Assembly (NCBI GenBank): GCA_046331125.1
Contig: JAXLRL010000005.1
Location: forward strand, 64,923 to 128,922
Direction: 5' to 3'
From: Acidimicrobiia bacterium
GTDB lineage: Bacteria > Actinomycetota > Acidimicrobiia > IMCC26256 > DASPTH01
Length of the DNA: 64,000 nucleotides
Position numbers and translations under genes: made by a program. Position 1 is the first letter of the stretch; each line of letters opens with the position of its first letter. Shown one piece after another: positions 38,354-47,789 of this stretch. The notes beneath the pieces were generated by a model, which worked only from the letters and a program-made list of their open reading frames with translations, searched no databases and was not told the origin of the DNA.

Positions 38354-38992
38354 ATGCGGCGAACCCAACGAATCGGCTCGGCGCTCGTCGTCGCGCTCGC
38401 CATCGGCACGACGACGGCGGCGGCCATCGCCGGCCCGGCCAGTGCGGCTGCGAAGCCGACCACGGCCACGGTGATCTCGGTGCAGACCACCGACGGCCAG
38501 GCCGGCGTGCTGACCGCCGGCACCACCGCGGTGTACACGCTGAGCGGCACGGGCACCTGCAGCGGGAAGTGCCTCACGGCGCGGCCGCCGGTGCTGCTCC
38601 CCAAGGGGGTCAAGGCGGCGACTGCGGGTCCCGGCGTCGACGCGGCCTCGCTCGGCACGGCCAAGGCCGCGCACAACCGTCGGCAGGTCACCTACGGCGG
38701 CAAGCGCCTCTACTGGTCGGCCAAGGACTCGTCGGTGAGCGCGGTCCACGACGGCAAGGACAAGTTCGGGACGTGGTCGACCGTCACGATCGCCGCGGCG
38801 ACCACCACCACCACGCCCGCACCCGCGACCGAGGCGCCGACCACCCAGCCGACCACCGCGCCGCAGACCGCACCGGCCGAGACCGCGCCGCCGGCGACCG
38901 ATCCGCCCGCCACGGACCCGCCCACCACGCCGCCGGCGCCGCGGACCGACCCGCCGACCAAGACGCCCGGCTCCGGCGGCGCCGCCTTCTGA
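38354..38992 (+). CDS. secreted protein of the Yx(FWY)xxD-motif lipoprotein-like family (COG4315-like) with a Pro/Thr-rich tail
   Basis: The signal peptide is MRRTQRIGSALVVALAIGTTTAAAIAGPASA. Two repeats, AVYTLSGTGTCSGKCLTARPP and QVTYGGKRLYWSAKD, are followed by a PT-rich C-terminus. Confidence 0.6.
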   Translation: MRRTQRIGSALVVALAIGTTTAAAIAGPASAAAKPTTATVISVQTTDGQAGVLTAGTTAVYTLSGTGTCSGKCLTARPPVLLPKGVKAATAGPGVDAASLGTAKAAHNRRQVTYGGKRLYWSAKDSSVSAVHDGKDKFGTWSTVTIAAATTTTTPAPATEAPTTQPTTAPQTAPAETAPPATDPPATDPPTTPPAPRTDPPTKTPGSGGAAF

Positions 38993-39037
38993 GCGACGCC
39001 GCCGGTCGACCGGCCCCCGGCACGAGCGGCGGGTCGG

Positions 39038-39436
39038 TCAGACGGGGCTGAGCTCGCCGAAGAACCCGACGGCCGACGCGATCCGTCCGTCGGCCGCGAA
39101 GGTCACGACGTCGATGCCGGCGACGGCCACGCTGCCGTCGGGGGCATTGACCGTCCATCCGAATCGGGCGGTGTCGTGGTGCGCGTCGACCGCGGTCGTG
39201 CGGGTGAGCGAGTGGCCGGGCATCTGGTCACGCAGCTCGCTGATCGCGACCGCGATGCGGTCGGGGCCGGTCGCGTCGACGAGCGGATCCACGAGACGCG
39301 CGTCGTCGGACACGACGGCGTACACGGATTCCGCGCGGACGGCGGCGTCGGGTTCGTTCCACATTGCGAGGTAGCGGTCGAGGGTGGCCTGCATGGTGAC
39401 TTCCTGGGTGTCGTTCGTCGTCTGCATGCCACCCAT
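39038..39436 (-). CDS. SnoaL-like / NTF2-fold protein
   Basis: ORF 39038..39436 contains ATLDRYLAMWNEPDAAVRAESVYAVVSDDARLVDP..FGWTV..GIDVVTFAADGRI. Confidence 0.6.
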   Translation of the reverse strand: MGGMQTTNDTQEVTMQATLDRYLAMWNEPDAAVRAESVYAVVSDDARLVDPLVDATGPDRIAVAISELRDQMPGHSLTRTTAVDAHHDTARFGWTVNAPDGSVAVAGIDVVTFAADGRIASAVGFFGELSPV

Positions 39437-39514
39437 CGTGCGAGGCCGAGCGAGCGACGGCGATTCCCTGTGAGGTAATGGCCGGGCTGCGGGCCCCCGC
39501 GTAGCGTCGCGGGC

Positions 39515-40300
39515 GTGACCACGACCATCGCGACCCCACCGTGCCTCGGCGAGCTGCTCAAGCTGTGGCGCTCGAAGCGACGCGGAGCCAGCTCGAGCTC
39601 GCCAGCGGCAGGCGTGTCGTCACGCCATCTGTCGTTCGTGGAGACGGGCCGATCGAAGCCGAGCCGCGAGATGGTGCTCCACCCCGCCGAGCACCTCGAC
39701 GTGCCGTTGCGCGACCGCAACGTGCTGCTCACCGCCGCCGGGTTCGCACCCGAGTACCGCGAGTCGCCACTCGGACGCCTGAACTGGCGAGCGCGTGCCA
39801 GGCCATCGAGATCATCCTCGCCAACCACGGCGCTGCGTCTGCTCGTGATCGACGGCGCCTGGAACCCGCTCGAGGCCAATGCCGGCATCGGCGCTCCTCG
39901 ACCTGATCTCCCCCGAGCTGCTCGAGCCGCTGCTCAACGTGATCCGCGCGAGCCTGCACCCGCTCGGGCTGTCGCGCTACATCGTGAACTTCGGCGAGTA
40001 CGCCGCGCACGTGATCGAACGCCTCGACCGCCAGCTCGCCACCACGTCGGACCCGGGTCTCGCCGCGCTGCTCGCCGAGGTCACCGCGGCACCGACGTCG
40101 CGCAGGCGCTGCGGGAAGCCCCGGTCGGCGCACCGCTCGCGGCGGTGCTCCCGATGCACTTCCGCCTCGACGACGGCCGCGAACTGCGCTTCTTCTCCAC
40201 GATGACGGTGTTCGGCTCACCGCTCGACGTCACCATCGCCGAGCTCGCGATCGAGAGCTTCTTCCCCGCCGACGAGGTGACCGCGGCGTTCTTCGGTTGA
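39515..40300 (+). pseudogene. MmyB-like XRE-family transcriptional regulator, multiple frame changes
   Basis: The HTH reads LGELLKLWRSKR..AAGVSSRHLSFVETGRSKPSREMVL..LDVPLRDRNVLLTAAGFAPEY. The C-terminal domain is spread over ORFs 39541.., 39879.. and 39515.. (LISPELLEPLLNVIRASLHPLGLSRYIVNFGEY..ELRFFSTMTVFGSPLDVTIAELAIESFFPAD). Confidence 0.7.
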
Positions 40301-40318
40301 CGCCCCCGTCGCGGTGGC

Positions 40319-40788
40319 TCAGTACTCGCCCTTGATCACGAAGTACGAGCCGCGGATCTCTCCGGCCAGCGCCGACTTCTGCCGCGCGAACTTGAACTTC
40401 GACGCGAGCTCCTCGGGCACGTCCATCCCCTCGGAGAGCTTGAGGCCCACCGCCCGCTTCTTCGGGTCGTCGAGCGGGTACAGCACGTTGATCGCGAGAC
40501 CGCTCTCGTAGAACACGTGCGTCCAGCGGATGTTCTCCACCTCGACCTGCGCGGCTTCGAGCGGCGGTGACGCGATCACGATGTCACGCTCCGTCTCCAG
40601 GATGTTCGCGACGTACGCGACGAGCTTCTTGCCCTTCGCCGACGTCGCCGGCTCCACCGAGAACTCGACCTTGTACTTGTTCGCGAAGTAGCGGGCCTCA
40701 AAGCAGCCCGGCCAGCGCCTCCGCCACCGACGAGGACTCGAGCCCCGCCGTCGTGACGTTCTTCTTGAAGTCGACCTTCGTCGCCATG
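40319..40788 (-). pseudogene. hypothetical protein downstream of menB, one frameshift; start approximate
   Basis: ORF 40319..40657 extends upstream in another frame to an ATG at ~40788 (MATKVDFKKNVTTAGLESSSVAEALAGL / ARYFANKYKVEFSVEPATSAKGKKLV..). GC3 bias is high. No family recognised. Confidence 0.4.
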
Positions 40789-40850
40789 GTGCTCCCTTCG
40801 TGTCGAGAGCACCGTACGCACGTGGTGCGGCGCCGCTTCTCCGATCCTGC

Positions 40851-41749
40851 TCAGTAGTGCCAGGAAGGGCGACCAGTCGGGCTCGCGCCTCCGAACGGAT
40901 GCTCTTCGGCCGCTTCGTCCGTCATGTACGCGAGGCGCGCCGCCTCGCCCGCGAACACCTGCTGGCCGACGAGGTTGCCGTCGATCAGGTTCAGCGCGAA
41001 CTTCACCATGCGCTGGCCCGTCGGGCTCTTGCCGTTGACCTCTTCGCCCACCGAGCGCGGTAGCGCTCGAGAGGTCGGCGTGTGGCACGACCGTGTTCAC
41101 CATGCCATGCGGTGCGCAGCCTCGGCGTCGTACTCGTCGCCGAGGAAGAAGATCTCGCGCAACTTCGCCGCTCCGACCCGCGGCGAGGTACGCGGACCCG
41201 AAGCCGCTGTCGAAGCCTGCAACATCCGTGTCGGTCTGCTTGAAGCGCGTGCTCACGGCTCGCGATGGTGAGGTCGCACACGATGCGCAGGTTGCGGCCG
41301 ACCACCGGCCATCCAGCTCGGTACCACGCAGATCACGATCTTGGGCATGAAGCGGATGAGCTGCTGTAATCCTCGAGGATGTGCAGACGACCGCTGCGCC
41401 CGGGGTCGATGGTCTCGGCCGTGTCGCCCTCGGCGTACTTGTAGCCGTCCTTGCCACGGATGCGCTGGTCACCACCGGAGCAGAACGCCCAGCCCCCGTC
41501 CTTCGGCGACGGGCCGTTGCCGGTGAGCAGCACACACCCGACGTCACTCGACTGCCGGGCGTGGTCGAGCACCCGGTACAGCTCGTCGACCGTCGCCGGG
41601 CGGAATGCGTTGCGCACCTCGGGCCGGTTGAACGCCACCCGCACCGTGCCGTGCTCGACGGAGCGGTGGTACGTGATGTCGTGGAGGTCGAACCCCGGCA
41701 CCTCGACCCACGCAGCCGGGTCGAACAGCTCTGACACAGTCATGGGCAC
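40851..41749 (-). pseudogene. menB: 1,4-dihydroxy-2-naphthoyl-CoA synthase (MenB), heavily frameshifted
   Basis: ORF 41333..41749 (RVAFNRPEVRNAFRPATVDELYRVLDHARQSSDVGCVLLTGNGPSPKDGGWAFCSGGDQRIRG) is a strong MenB signature. The remainder is scattered over at least 4 frames (MPKIVICVV, DLTIASREHA, MVNTVVPHADL, KSPTGQRMVKFALNLIDGNLVGQQVFAGEAARLAYMTDEAAE, ..WHY*). Confidence 0.75.
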
Positions 41750-41810
41750 ACGCTACGGCCTGACGAACGACCGGCCCGTACTTGTGACCGCCGAGGGCTA
41801 CCGTCGCGGC

Positions 41811-41996
41811 ATGAAGGAACTCCCCGTGCGGGTGTACAGCGAGCAGGCGCTCGACGAGTACCTCGCCCGCGCCGGCATCGCCGACGGCCGCACCAAGACC
41901 CAGCCCGTGCGTCAGGAACCACGCCCCGCCACGGACTCCGCCGACGAAGACGACGAGCAGGACCCCGAGCCGGACGACGGTCAGGTCGAGGCCTGA
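41811..41996 (+). CDS. small acidic hypothetical protein
   Basis: This is the inner ATG (MKELPVRVYSEQALDEYLARAG..) of ORF 41451..41996. Support is weak: GC3 bias only. Confidence 0.3.
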   Translation: MKELPVRVYSEQALDEYLARAGIADGRTKTQPVRQEPRPATDSADEDDEQDPEPDDGQVEA

Positions 41997-42537
41997 TCCG
42001 ACACGGCCGTTCGGCCCGCGTCAGCGAGAGTGCGGACCAGGTCGGTGACGGCAGCGACGGTGTCGTCGTCGGTGAAGCCGCCGTGCTCGTTGCGCTTGGA
42101 GCGGGTGGCACCGACGGCAAGTTGGGCGACCACGCTCGCGGACATCACCTCGAGGAGGTTGACCAGCGCATCCCCGGCGATCTTCCCGCCGTCGAGGCCG
42201 GGCGATGCGCTCATCACCGCGACGGGTTTGTCGACCAGCTCGCCCGAACCGACGAGCCAGTCGAGCATGTCCTTGAGCGCGCCGGGCAGCGCGTGCGCGT
42301 ACTCGGGGGTGGAGAACAGCACCGCGTCAGCCGCGGTGAGCAGGGCACGCAGCTCGGCGATCGGCGCGGGCGGTTCAGGACCGTCGAGATCGGGGTCGAA
42401 GTGCGGGAGCGCGCGCACGCCGTCGTAGATGTCGATGGTCACGCCGTCGGGCGCAACCGATGCGGCGAGCCGCAGCAACGCAGTGTTGCTCGACGACTGC
42501 TGCAGCGATCCGGAGATGGCGACGATGCGTACGCTCA
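41981..42537 (-). CDS. NAD(P)H-dependent FMN reductase family protein
   Basis: GTG start within ORF 41981..43183. VRIVAISGSLQQSSSNTALL..DAVLFSTPEYAHALPGALKDMLDWL is the typical FMN_red pattern. Confidence 0.75.
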
Positions 42538-43146
42538 CCGCGGGTCGCGCCACATCGTGGTGACGTGCGGACCTGGCCCGTGCTCGGTTGCGGGCAGGTC
42601 GAAGCCGCCGATGGCCTCGAAGCCCACCGAGCGGTAGCGGTCGTCGTTCACCGGGTTGGACGACTCGAGGTACGCGGGCATCCCCGCCTCGTCGACCATG
42701 CGCAGGTTCTCGCGCAGCACCTCCATGCCGGTGCCGTTGCCGCGGTGCGCGGTGTGGGTGGCGAGCACGCCGAGGTACCAGTGCGGCTCGTCGTCGCGCA
42801 CCGCGTGCGTGCCGAACAGCGCGAGCCCTTCGAACACGGTGCCGATGCGGTCGCCCACCAGCTCGGCGAGGAGGCCGGGCACGCGGGTCTCGTCGTCGGC
42901 CAGCATCTTGTGGCCGCCCGGCGGTGTCCAGATCGCCACCGACTCGTACGACGGAGTCGTCCACAGCGTGCCGTTGGCGATCCCACCCGACACGAGCAGC
43001 GGCCACCACGCCGCGAACTGCGCCATCCGCAGCGACGGGTCGGGGAACACCCAGCTCCACACCGGGTCGTCGAAGAACGCGGAGCACACAGTGGCGGTCA
43101 CTGCGTCGAGGTCCTCGGGGAGTGCGGTGCGAAGGGGCAGGGCCAT
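42535..43146 (-). CDS. GNAT-family N-acetyltransferase
   Basis: ORF 42535..43146 contains WYLGVLATHTAHRGNGTGMEVLRENLRMVDEAGMPAYLESSNPVNDDRYRSVGF, the acetyl-CoA-binding R/Q-x-x-G-x-G/A region. Confidence 0.7.
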   Translation of the reverse strand: MALPLRTALPEDLDAVTATVCSAFFDDPVWSWVFPDPSLRMAQFAAWWPLLVSGGIANGTLWTTPSYESVAIWTPPGGHKMLADDETRVPGLLAELVGDRIGTVFEGLALFGTHAVRDDEPHWYLGVLATHTAHRGNGTGMEVLRENLRMVDEAGMPAYLESSNPVNDDRYRSVGFEAIGGFDLPATEHGPGPHVTTMWRDPR

Positions 43147-43240
43147 CCCGCGACCCTACGGCGTGGACGTGCGCCCGGCCCACGGGCTGCGCTAGGAAAG
43201 GTCATACATCTCGTCCCCCAGTGATCCCCGGAGGATCTCC

Positions 43241-44101
43241 GTGAGCTTCAAGGACCAGTACGGCCCGTGGGCCTTCATCGCCGGCGCGTCGCAGGGCATC
43301 GGCGGCGCCTACTCCGAGGAGGCGGCCAAGCGCGGCCTCAACGTCGTGCTGATGGCGCGGGGCAAGGAGGCGCTCGACGCCAAGGCCGCCGAGATCGCGT
43401 CCACCTACGGCGTGGAGACCCGCACCCTCGCCGGTGACCTCGCCGCCGACGACGTGATCGACCAGGTGCGCACGGTCACCGACGACATCGAGGTCGGCCT
43501 GTTCGTCTACAACGCGGCGATGGCGCCCGCGGGCGACTTCCTCGACGTGCCGCTCGACGACCACCTCCGCAGCATCCTCATGAACTGCACCACGCCCACG
43601 AAGCTGGCGCACCACTTCGCCGGGAAGATGAAAGACCGCGGCCGCGGTGGTCTCGCCCTCATCGGGTCGATGGGTGGCCTCGAGGGCTCGATCCACTTCT
43701 CCACCTACAACTCGGGCAAGGCCTACGAGTGGGTGCTCGCGGAGACGCTGTGGGCCGAGCTCAAGCCGCACGGTGTCGACGCCACCTGCCAGCTCGTGGG
43801 CGCCACCAACGGCGCGAACTACAAGTGGTTCCAGGAGACGCTCGACCCCGAGCTGTGCAAGAACCGCGAGAGCGACAACCCGCTCGACGTGGCGCGCTGG
43901 CGCCTCATGAACCCGGTCGAGCCCCACGTGTGCGCGACCACGCTCTACGACAACCTCGGCGACGGCCCCGTGTGCTTCAGCACGCCGGAGGACGAGTTCG
44001 TGGCGTCGAAGATGTTCGCGATGTCACGCGCCGAGATCGTGCAGCTCTGGGTGGAGATCCAGAACACCACCACGCGTCTGCCCGAGCACGACGCGCGGTA
44101 G
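43241..44101 (+). CDS. SDR-family oxidoreductase
   Basis: ORF 43241..44101 has a GTG start after GGAGGAT. Supporting blocks are AFIAGASQGIGGAYSEEAAKRGLNVVLMAR and YNSGKAY (YxxxK). Confidence 0.8.
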   Translation: MSFKDQYGPWAFIAGASQGIGGAYSEEAAKRGLNVVLMARGKEALDAKAAEIASTYGVETRTLAGDLAADDVIDQVRTVTDDIEVGLFVYNAAMAPAGDFLDVPLDDHLRSILMNCTTPTKLAHHFAGKMKDRGRGGLALIGSMGGLEGSIHFSTYNSGKAYEWVLAETLWAELKPHGVDATCQLVGATNGANYKWFQETLDPELCKNRESDNPLDVARWRLMNPVEPHVCATTLYDNLGDGPVCFSTPEDEFVASKMFAMSRAEIVQLWVEIQNTTTRLPEHDAR

Positions 44102-44114
44102 CGCGTAGGAGGAA

Positions 44115-44957
44115 CTACCCGACGCCGAACAGGGCCCGCGCGTTCCCGCCGAGGATCGCAACCTTGTCGGCGTCGGGGAGCGACGACGCCACGATCTGCG
44201 GCAGCAGGTGGCTGATGCGTTGCCCGACCGGGTACGAGTAGAGGTCGGTGCCGAACACCACCCGGTGCGCACCGAAGCGCTTCGCGAAGTCCTCGATGAA
44301 GTCGAAGTTGTAGCTGAGGCTGGTGTCGAACACGATGTTCGGCGCGACGTCGGCGACGAAGAAGCACTGACGCGTGGCCTCGAAGCCACCGAACGCGTCG
44401 AGCGCGACGATCGGCACGTCGGGATGGGCGCGGGCCACGGTCGCCAGCTTCCACAGCGCCTCCTCCGGCGTGTCGTCCATCGCGTGGAGGATCGGCACCA
44501 TGCCCCGCTCCCCCAGTCGGCCGACGTACCGGATGATCCACTGGCTGTCGAGCGACACGCCCTGGAAGCGGGTGTGGAAGCTCATCGCCACCAGGCCGAG
44601 CTCGTCGTGGGCGCGGTCGATCTCGCCGAACGACGCCGCGCCGTGCGTGGGCTCCACGATGCCGCAGGCCACCGGGAAGCGCTCGGGCGTGGCGTCGCGG
44701 TAGGCCGCGATCTCGTCGTTCACCCGGCGGGTGTCGGCGATGCCCTCGGGCCGCAGGTATCCGTGACCGGGGATCACGAGGGCCTGGTGCACACCGCCCT
44801 CGTCCATGATGCGCAGCCGGTCGGCGAGTTCGATACGGGCGAACTCGACGGCATCCTGGTCGTCGGCCGCGAGCTCACCGCCGAGCGCGTCGAAGGCGCG
44901 ACCGACGTGGTGGTGCACGTCGAAGACGTCGTACTCGTTCCCCGCAGGCGTGCTCAT
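44115..44957 (-). CDS. amidohydrolase family protein
   Basis: This is ORF 44115..44987 with the inner ATG (MSTPAGNEYDVFDVHHHVG). The HxH metal motif and VVFGTDLYSYP support the call. Confidence 0.75.
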   Translation of the reverse strand: MSTPAGNEYDVFDVHHHVGRAFDALGGELAADDQDAVEFARIELADRLRIMDEGGVHQALVIPGHGYLRPEGIADTRRVNDEIAAYRDATPERFPVACGIVEPTHGAASFGEIDRAHDELGLVAMSFHTRFQGVSLDSQWIIRYVGRLGERGMVPILHAMDDTPEEALWKLATVARAHPDVPIVALDAFGGFEATRQCFFVADVAPNIVFDTSLSYNFDFIEDFAKRFGAHRVVFGTDLYSYPVGQRISHLLPQIVASSLPDADKVAILGGNARALFGVG

Positions 44958-45007
44958 CGGGGCACACGTATATTGCGGGCCGACCACGATGTCAAAGGGG
45001 AACCAGC

Positions 45008-45823
45008 ATGCGCGGACTGCAGGGCAAGGTCGCGATCGTCACCGGCGGCGCCAACGGCATCGGCCGCGCGTGCTGCGAGCGCTTCGCCGAGGAGGGCTGC
45101 GACGTCGTCGTCGCCGACCTGCTCGAGGACCCGGGCGCGGAGACGGTCGAGCTGGTCGAGAAGCTCGGCGGCCGCGCCATCTTCGTCGCCGCCGACGCCA
45201 CGAGCGTGGAGTCGAACGACGCGGTCGTCGCCGAGGCGGTGGAGGTGTTCGGTGGTGTCGACATCCTCGTGACCGCCGCCGGCGTCGCGTGGAAGAACTA
45301 CGTGAGCGGCGACCCCGGCGCGGCGAAGACGATGATGGAGGCCGGGCGCGGCGGCGCCGCCGGCATCGTCGACTGCGACCTCGAGGAGTGGGCGAGCGTC
45401 ATCGACATCAACCTCACCGGCACGCTGCTCGCCATCCGCAGCGCGGGCCGCCAGATGGTGGCGCAGGGACGGGGCGGCTCGATCGTGACCATCGCCTCGA
45501 TCGCGGCGAAGCACCCCGAGGCGGGGCCGCCCGCCTACGGCGTGTCGAAGGCCGGCGTGTGGATGCTCACGAAGCAGGCCTCGAGCGCGCTCGCGTCGGA
45601 GGGCATCCGGGTCAACTCGGTGGGCCCTGGCTTCATCGACACCAACATGACGAAGGTCATCAAGGACCTCGGCATCGAGGAGATGGTCATGCAGTCGATC
45701 CCGATGGGTCGGATGGGTCAGCCCTCGGAGATCGCCAGTGCGGTGGCCTTCCTCGCGTCCGACGACGCGTCGTACTTCACCGGCGAGCTCATCCACCCCG
45801 ACGGAGGCTTCTTCACCGACTGA
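45008..45823 (+). CDS. SDR-family oxidoreductase (3-oxoacyl-ACP reductase-like)
   Basis: Motifs present are VAIVTGGANGIGRA, YGVSKAG and PGFIDTNM. The ORF is intact. Confidence 0.85.
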   Translation: MRGLQGKVAIVTGGANGIGRACCERFAEEGCDVVVADLLEDPGAETVELVEKLGGRAIFVAADATSVESNDAVVAEAVEVFGGVDILVTAAGVAWKNYVSGDPGAAKTMMEAGRGGAAGIVDCDLEEWASVIDINLTGTLLAIRSAGRQMVAQGRGGSIVTIASIAAKHPEAGPPAYGVSKAGVWMLTKQASSALASEGIRVNSVGPGFIDTNMTKVIKDLGIEEMVMQSIPMGRMGQPSEIASAVAFLASDDASYFTGELIHPDGGFFTD

Positions 45824-46908
45824 GGGTCGGTCGCCCGGGTCCGCAGCGCCGTCGCGGTGAAGGCGACGAGCACGCAGGTGCGCACCGCGACCAACGCGGG
45901 CAGCACGAGGTGCACCACGTGGCTGCTCACGCCCCAGTGGAAGTGGCCGTAGACGGTGACGAACACCGCGGCATCGACCGCGCAGAACGCGACCCACAAC
46001 CGGTGTGACACCGGGAGCAGCACGAAGAACGCGAGCAGCCACAGGTCGTAGGTGGGCGAGAACACCTTGTTGGTGAGCAGGAAGACCGCCACTGCCGCAC
46101 CCGCGACGCCCACCGCAGTGACCGGCCGGCGCAGGGCGAGCAGCGTGATGGTGGCGAGCCCCACGCCCATCACCACGAACGAGGCCGTGTTGGCGAGCGA
46201 CGACCCGGTCGCGCCGTGCACCGACGCGCCGACGAGTCGCAGCACGTAGAACTCCGCGCTCCCCCACGTCGCCTGGCGAGCCCCCTGGAAGGTGAACGCC
46301 CAGCGCCACCCGCCGAAGTTGGCGAACGCGAAGGGCAGGTTGAGCACGAGCAGCACTGCGCCCGCGCTCGCGACGAGACGGATCGCGCCACGGCGGTCAC
46401 CCTGCTGCCACCGGGCGCGGCGAGCGGCGGCACCGCCACCGCGGGGAACAGCTTCACCGCGGCACCGAGGCCGAGCGACCCCGGCGGTGGTGTCGCGTCG
46501 GCGTTCGAACAGGAAGAGGCCGCCGAGCAGCAGCGCGACCGCGTACACGTCCCAGTTCTGGAACGCGTAGAGCATCACCGGCACGCCGATCGCCCAGCGC
46601 CAGGCGCGCACACCGTCGTGGCGTTCGAGCGCGACCGTGATCGCGACACACAACGCGGCCGCCCCGAGCGCGGTGACCGCAAACACCCCGAGTGCCGACG
46701 GTGCAACCTGCGCGGCGACGAACATCAGCAGCCCGGCGCCCACGGGGTACTCCAGGACCCGGTCCACGTAGGGCACGACACCGGTGCCCATGCCGCGGTG
46801 CAGGTACACGCGCGGTAGGTCGGAGATCGCGGTGTGCCCACCGTGCGCGTAGACGGCCATCTGGATCGCGAAGCCCGCGAGGAGGAGCGCGGTCGTCGTC
46901 GCGGCCAT
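45718..46908 (-). pseudogene. DUF2029 / GT87-like polytopic membrane glycosyltransferase, two frame changes near 46200-46460; 3' end uncertain
   Basis: ORF 45718..46989 is polytopic membrane sequence. The segment GAAVKLFPAVAVPPLAA is found only in ORF 46170..46457. The open frame runs ~100 nt into the convergent SDR gene. Confidence 0.55.
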
Positions 46909-46943
46909 CGCCGCCGCGCGCGACGGCGCATGACCCGTCGCGG

Positions 46944-47747
46944 TCAGCCGCGGGAGCGCGAGCGCTTCCACCGGTCCGCCACACCCCAACGCGTCACGAG
47001 CAGGAACGCTTCGATCACGATGCGCGTCGACATCTTCGAGGTGCCGGCCACCCGGTCACGGAACTCGATCGGCACCTCGGTGATGCGGGCGCCGTTGCGC
47101 GCCGCGCGGTACGTCATCTCCACCTGGAAGCCGTAGCCGCTCGCCTGCACCCGGTCGAGGTCGATCGCCTCGAGGGTGGCGGCGCGGTAGGCACGGAACC
47201 CGGAGGTCGCGTCACGCGCGGGGAGGCGGAGCATCACCTGCGCGTAGCGGCAGCCGTTGCGCGAGATCATGCGGCGCAACCAGGGCCAGTCCAACGTGGC
47301 GCCGCCCTCGGTGTAGCGCGAGCCGATGGCGAGGTCGGCGCCGGTGCTCACCGCGTGCAACAGCTCCGGGAGCACCAACGGGTCGTGTGAGAGGTCGGCG
47401 TCCATCTCCACGAGCACGCCGTATCCACGGTCGAGCCCCCACCGGAACCCGGCGCGGTACGCATTGCCCAACCCCGTGGGGCGCGGCCGGCGCAGCACCG
47501 AGATGCCCCGGAGATCGCGCGCCACGTCCTCGGCGATCTCGGCAGTGCCGTCGGGACTGCCGTCGTCGACGACGAGGACGTGCGCGGCCGGCACGACGAA
47601 CCGGATGCGGCGCAGCACCGTCTCGATGTTCTCGCGCTCGTCGTAGGTGGGGAGGACGACGAGGGTCGACAGGTTCGCCGGATCACCCGACGGCTCAGCG
47701 CGACCTTGGAGGGGAGCAAGTGCGGAGGTCATGCACCGAGGGTGCAC
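46944..47747 (-). CDS. ppm1: polyprenol-phosphate mannosyltransferase (GT2, Ppm1/DPM1-like)
   Basis: Supporting blocks are LVVLPTYDERENIETVLRRI..VLVVDDGSPDGT..VEMDADLSHDP..SGFRAY..GYGFQVEM. The ORF is intact. Confidence 0.85.
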   Translation of the reverse strand: MHPRCMTSALAPLQGRAEPSGDPANLSTLVVLPTYDERENIETVLRRIRFVVPAAHVLVVDDGSPDGTAEIAEDVARDLRGISVLRRPRPTGLGNAYRAGFRWGLDRGYGVLVEMDADLSHDPLVLPELLHAVSTGADLAIGSRYTEGGATLDWPWLRRMISRNGCRYAQVMLRLPARDATSGFRAYRAATLEAIDLDRVQASGYGFQVEMTYRAARNGARITEVPIEFRDRVAGTSKMSTRIVIEAFLLVTRWGVADRWKRSRSRG

Positions 47748-47789
47748 CCGTGCCGATGAGAAGGCTGTGAGCGCCCGATGAGGGCGGAC

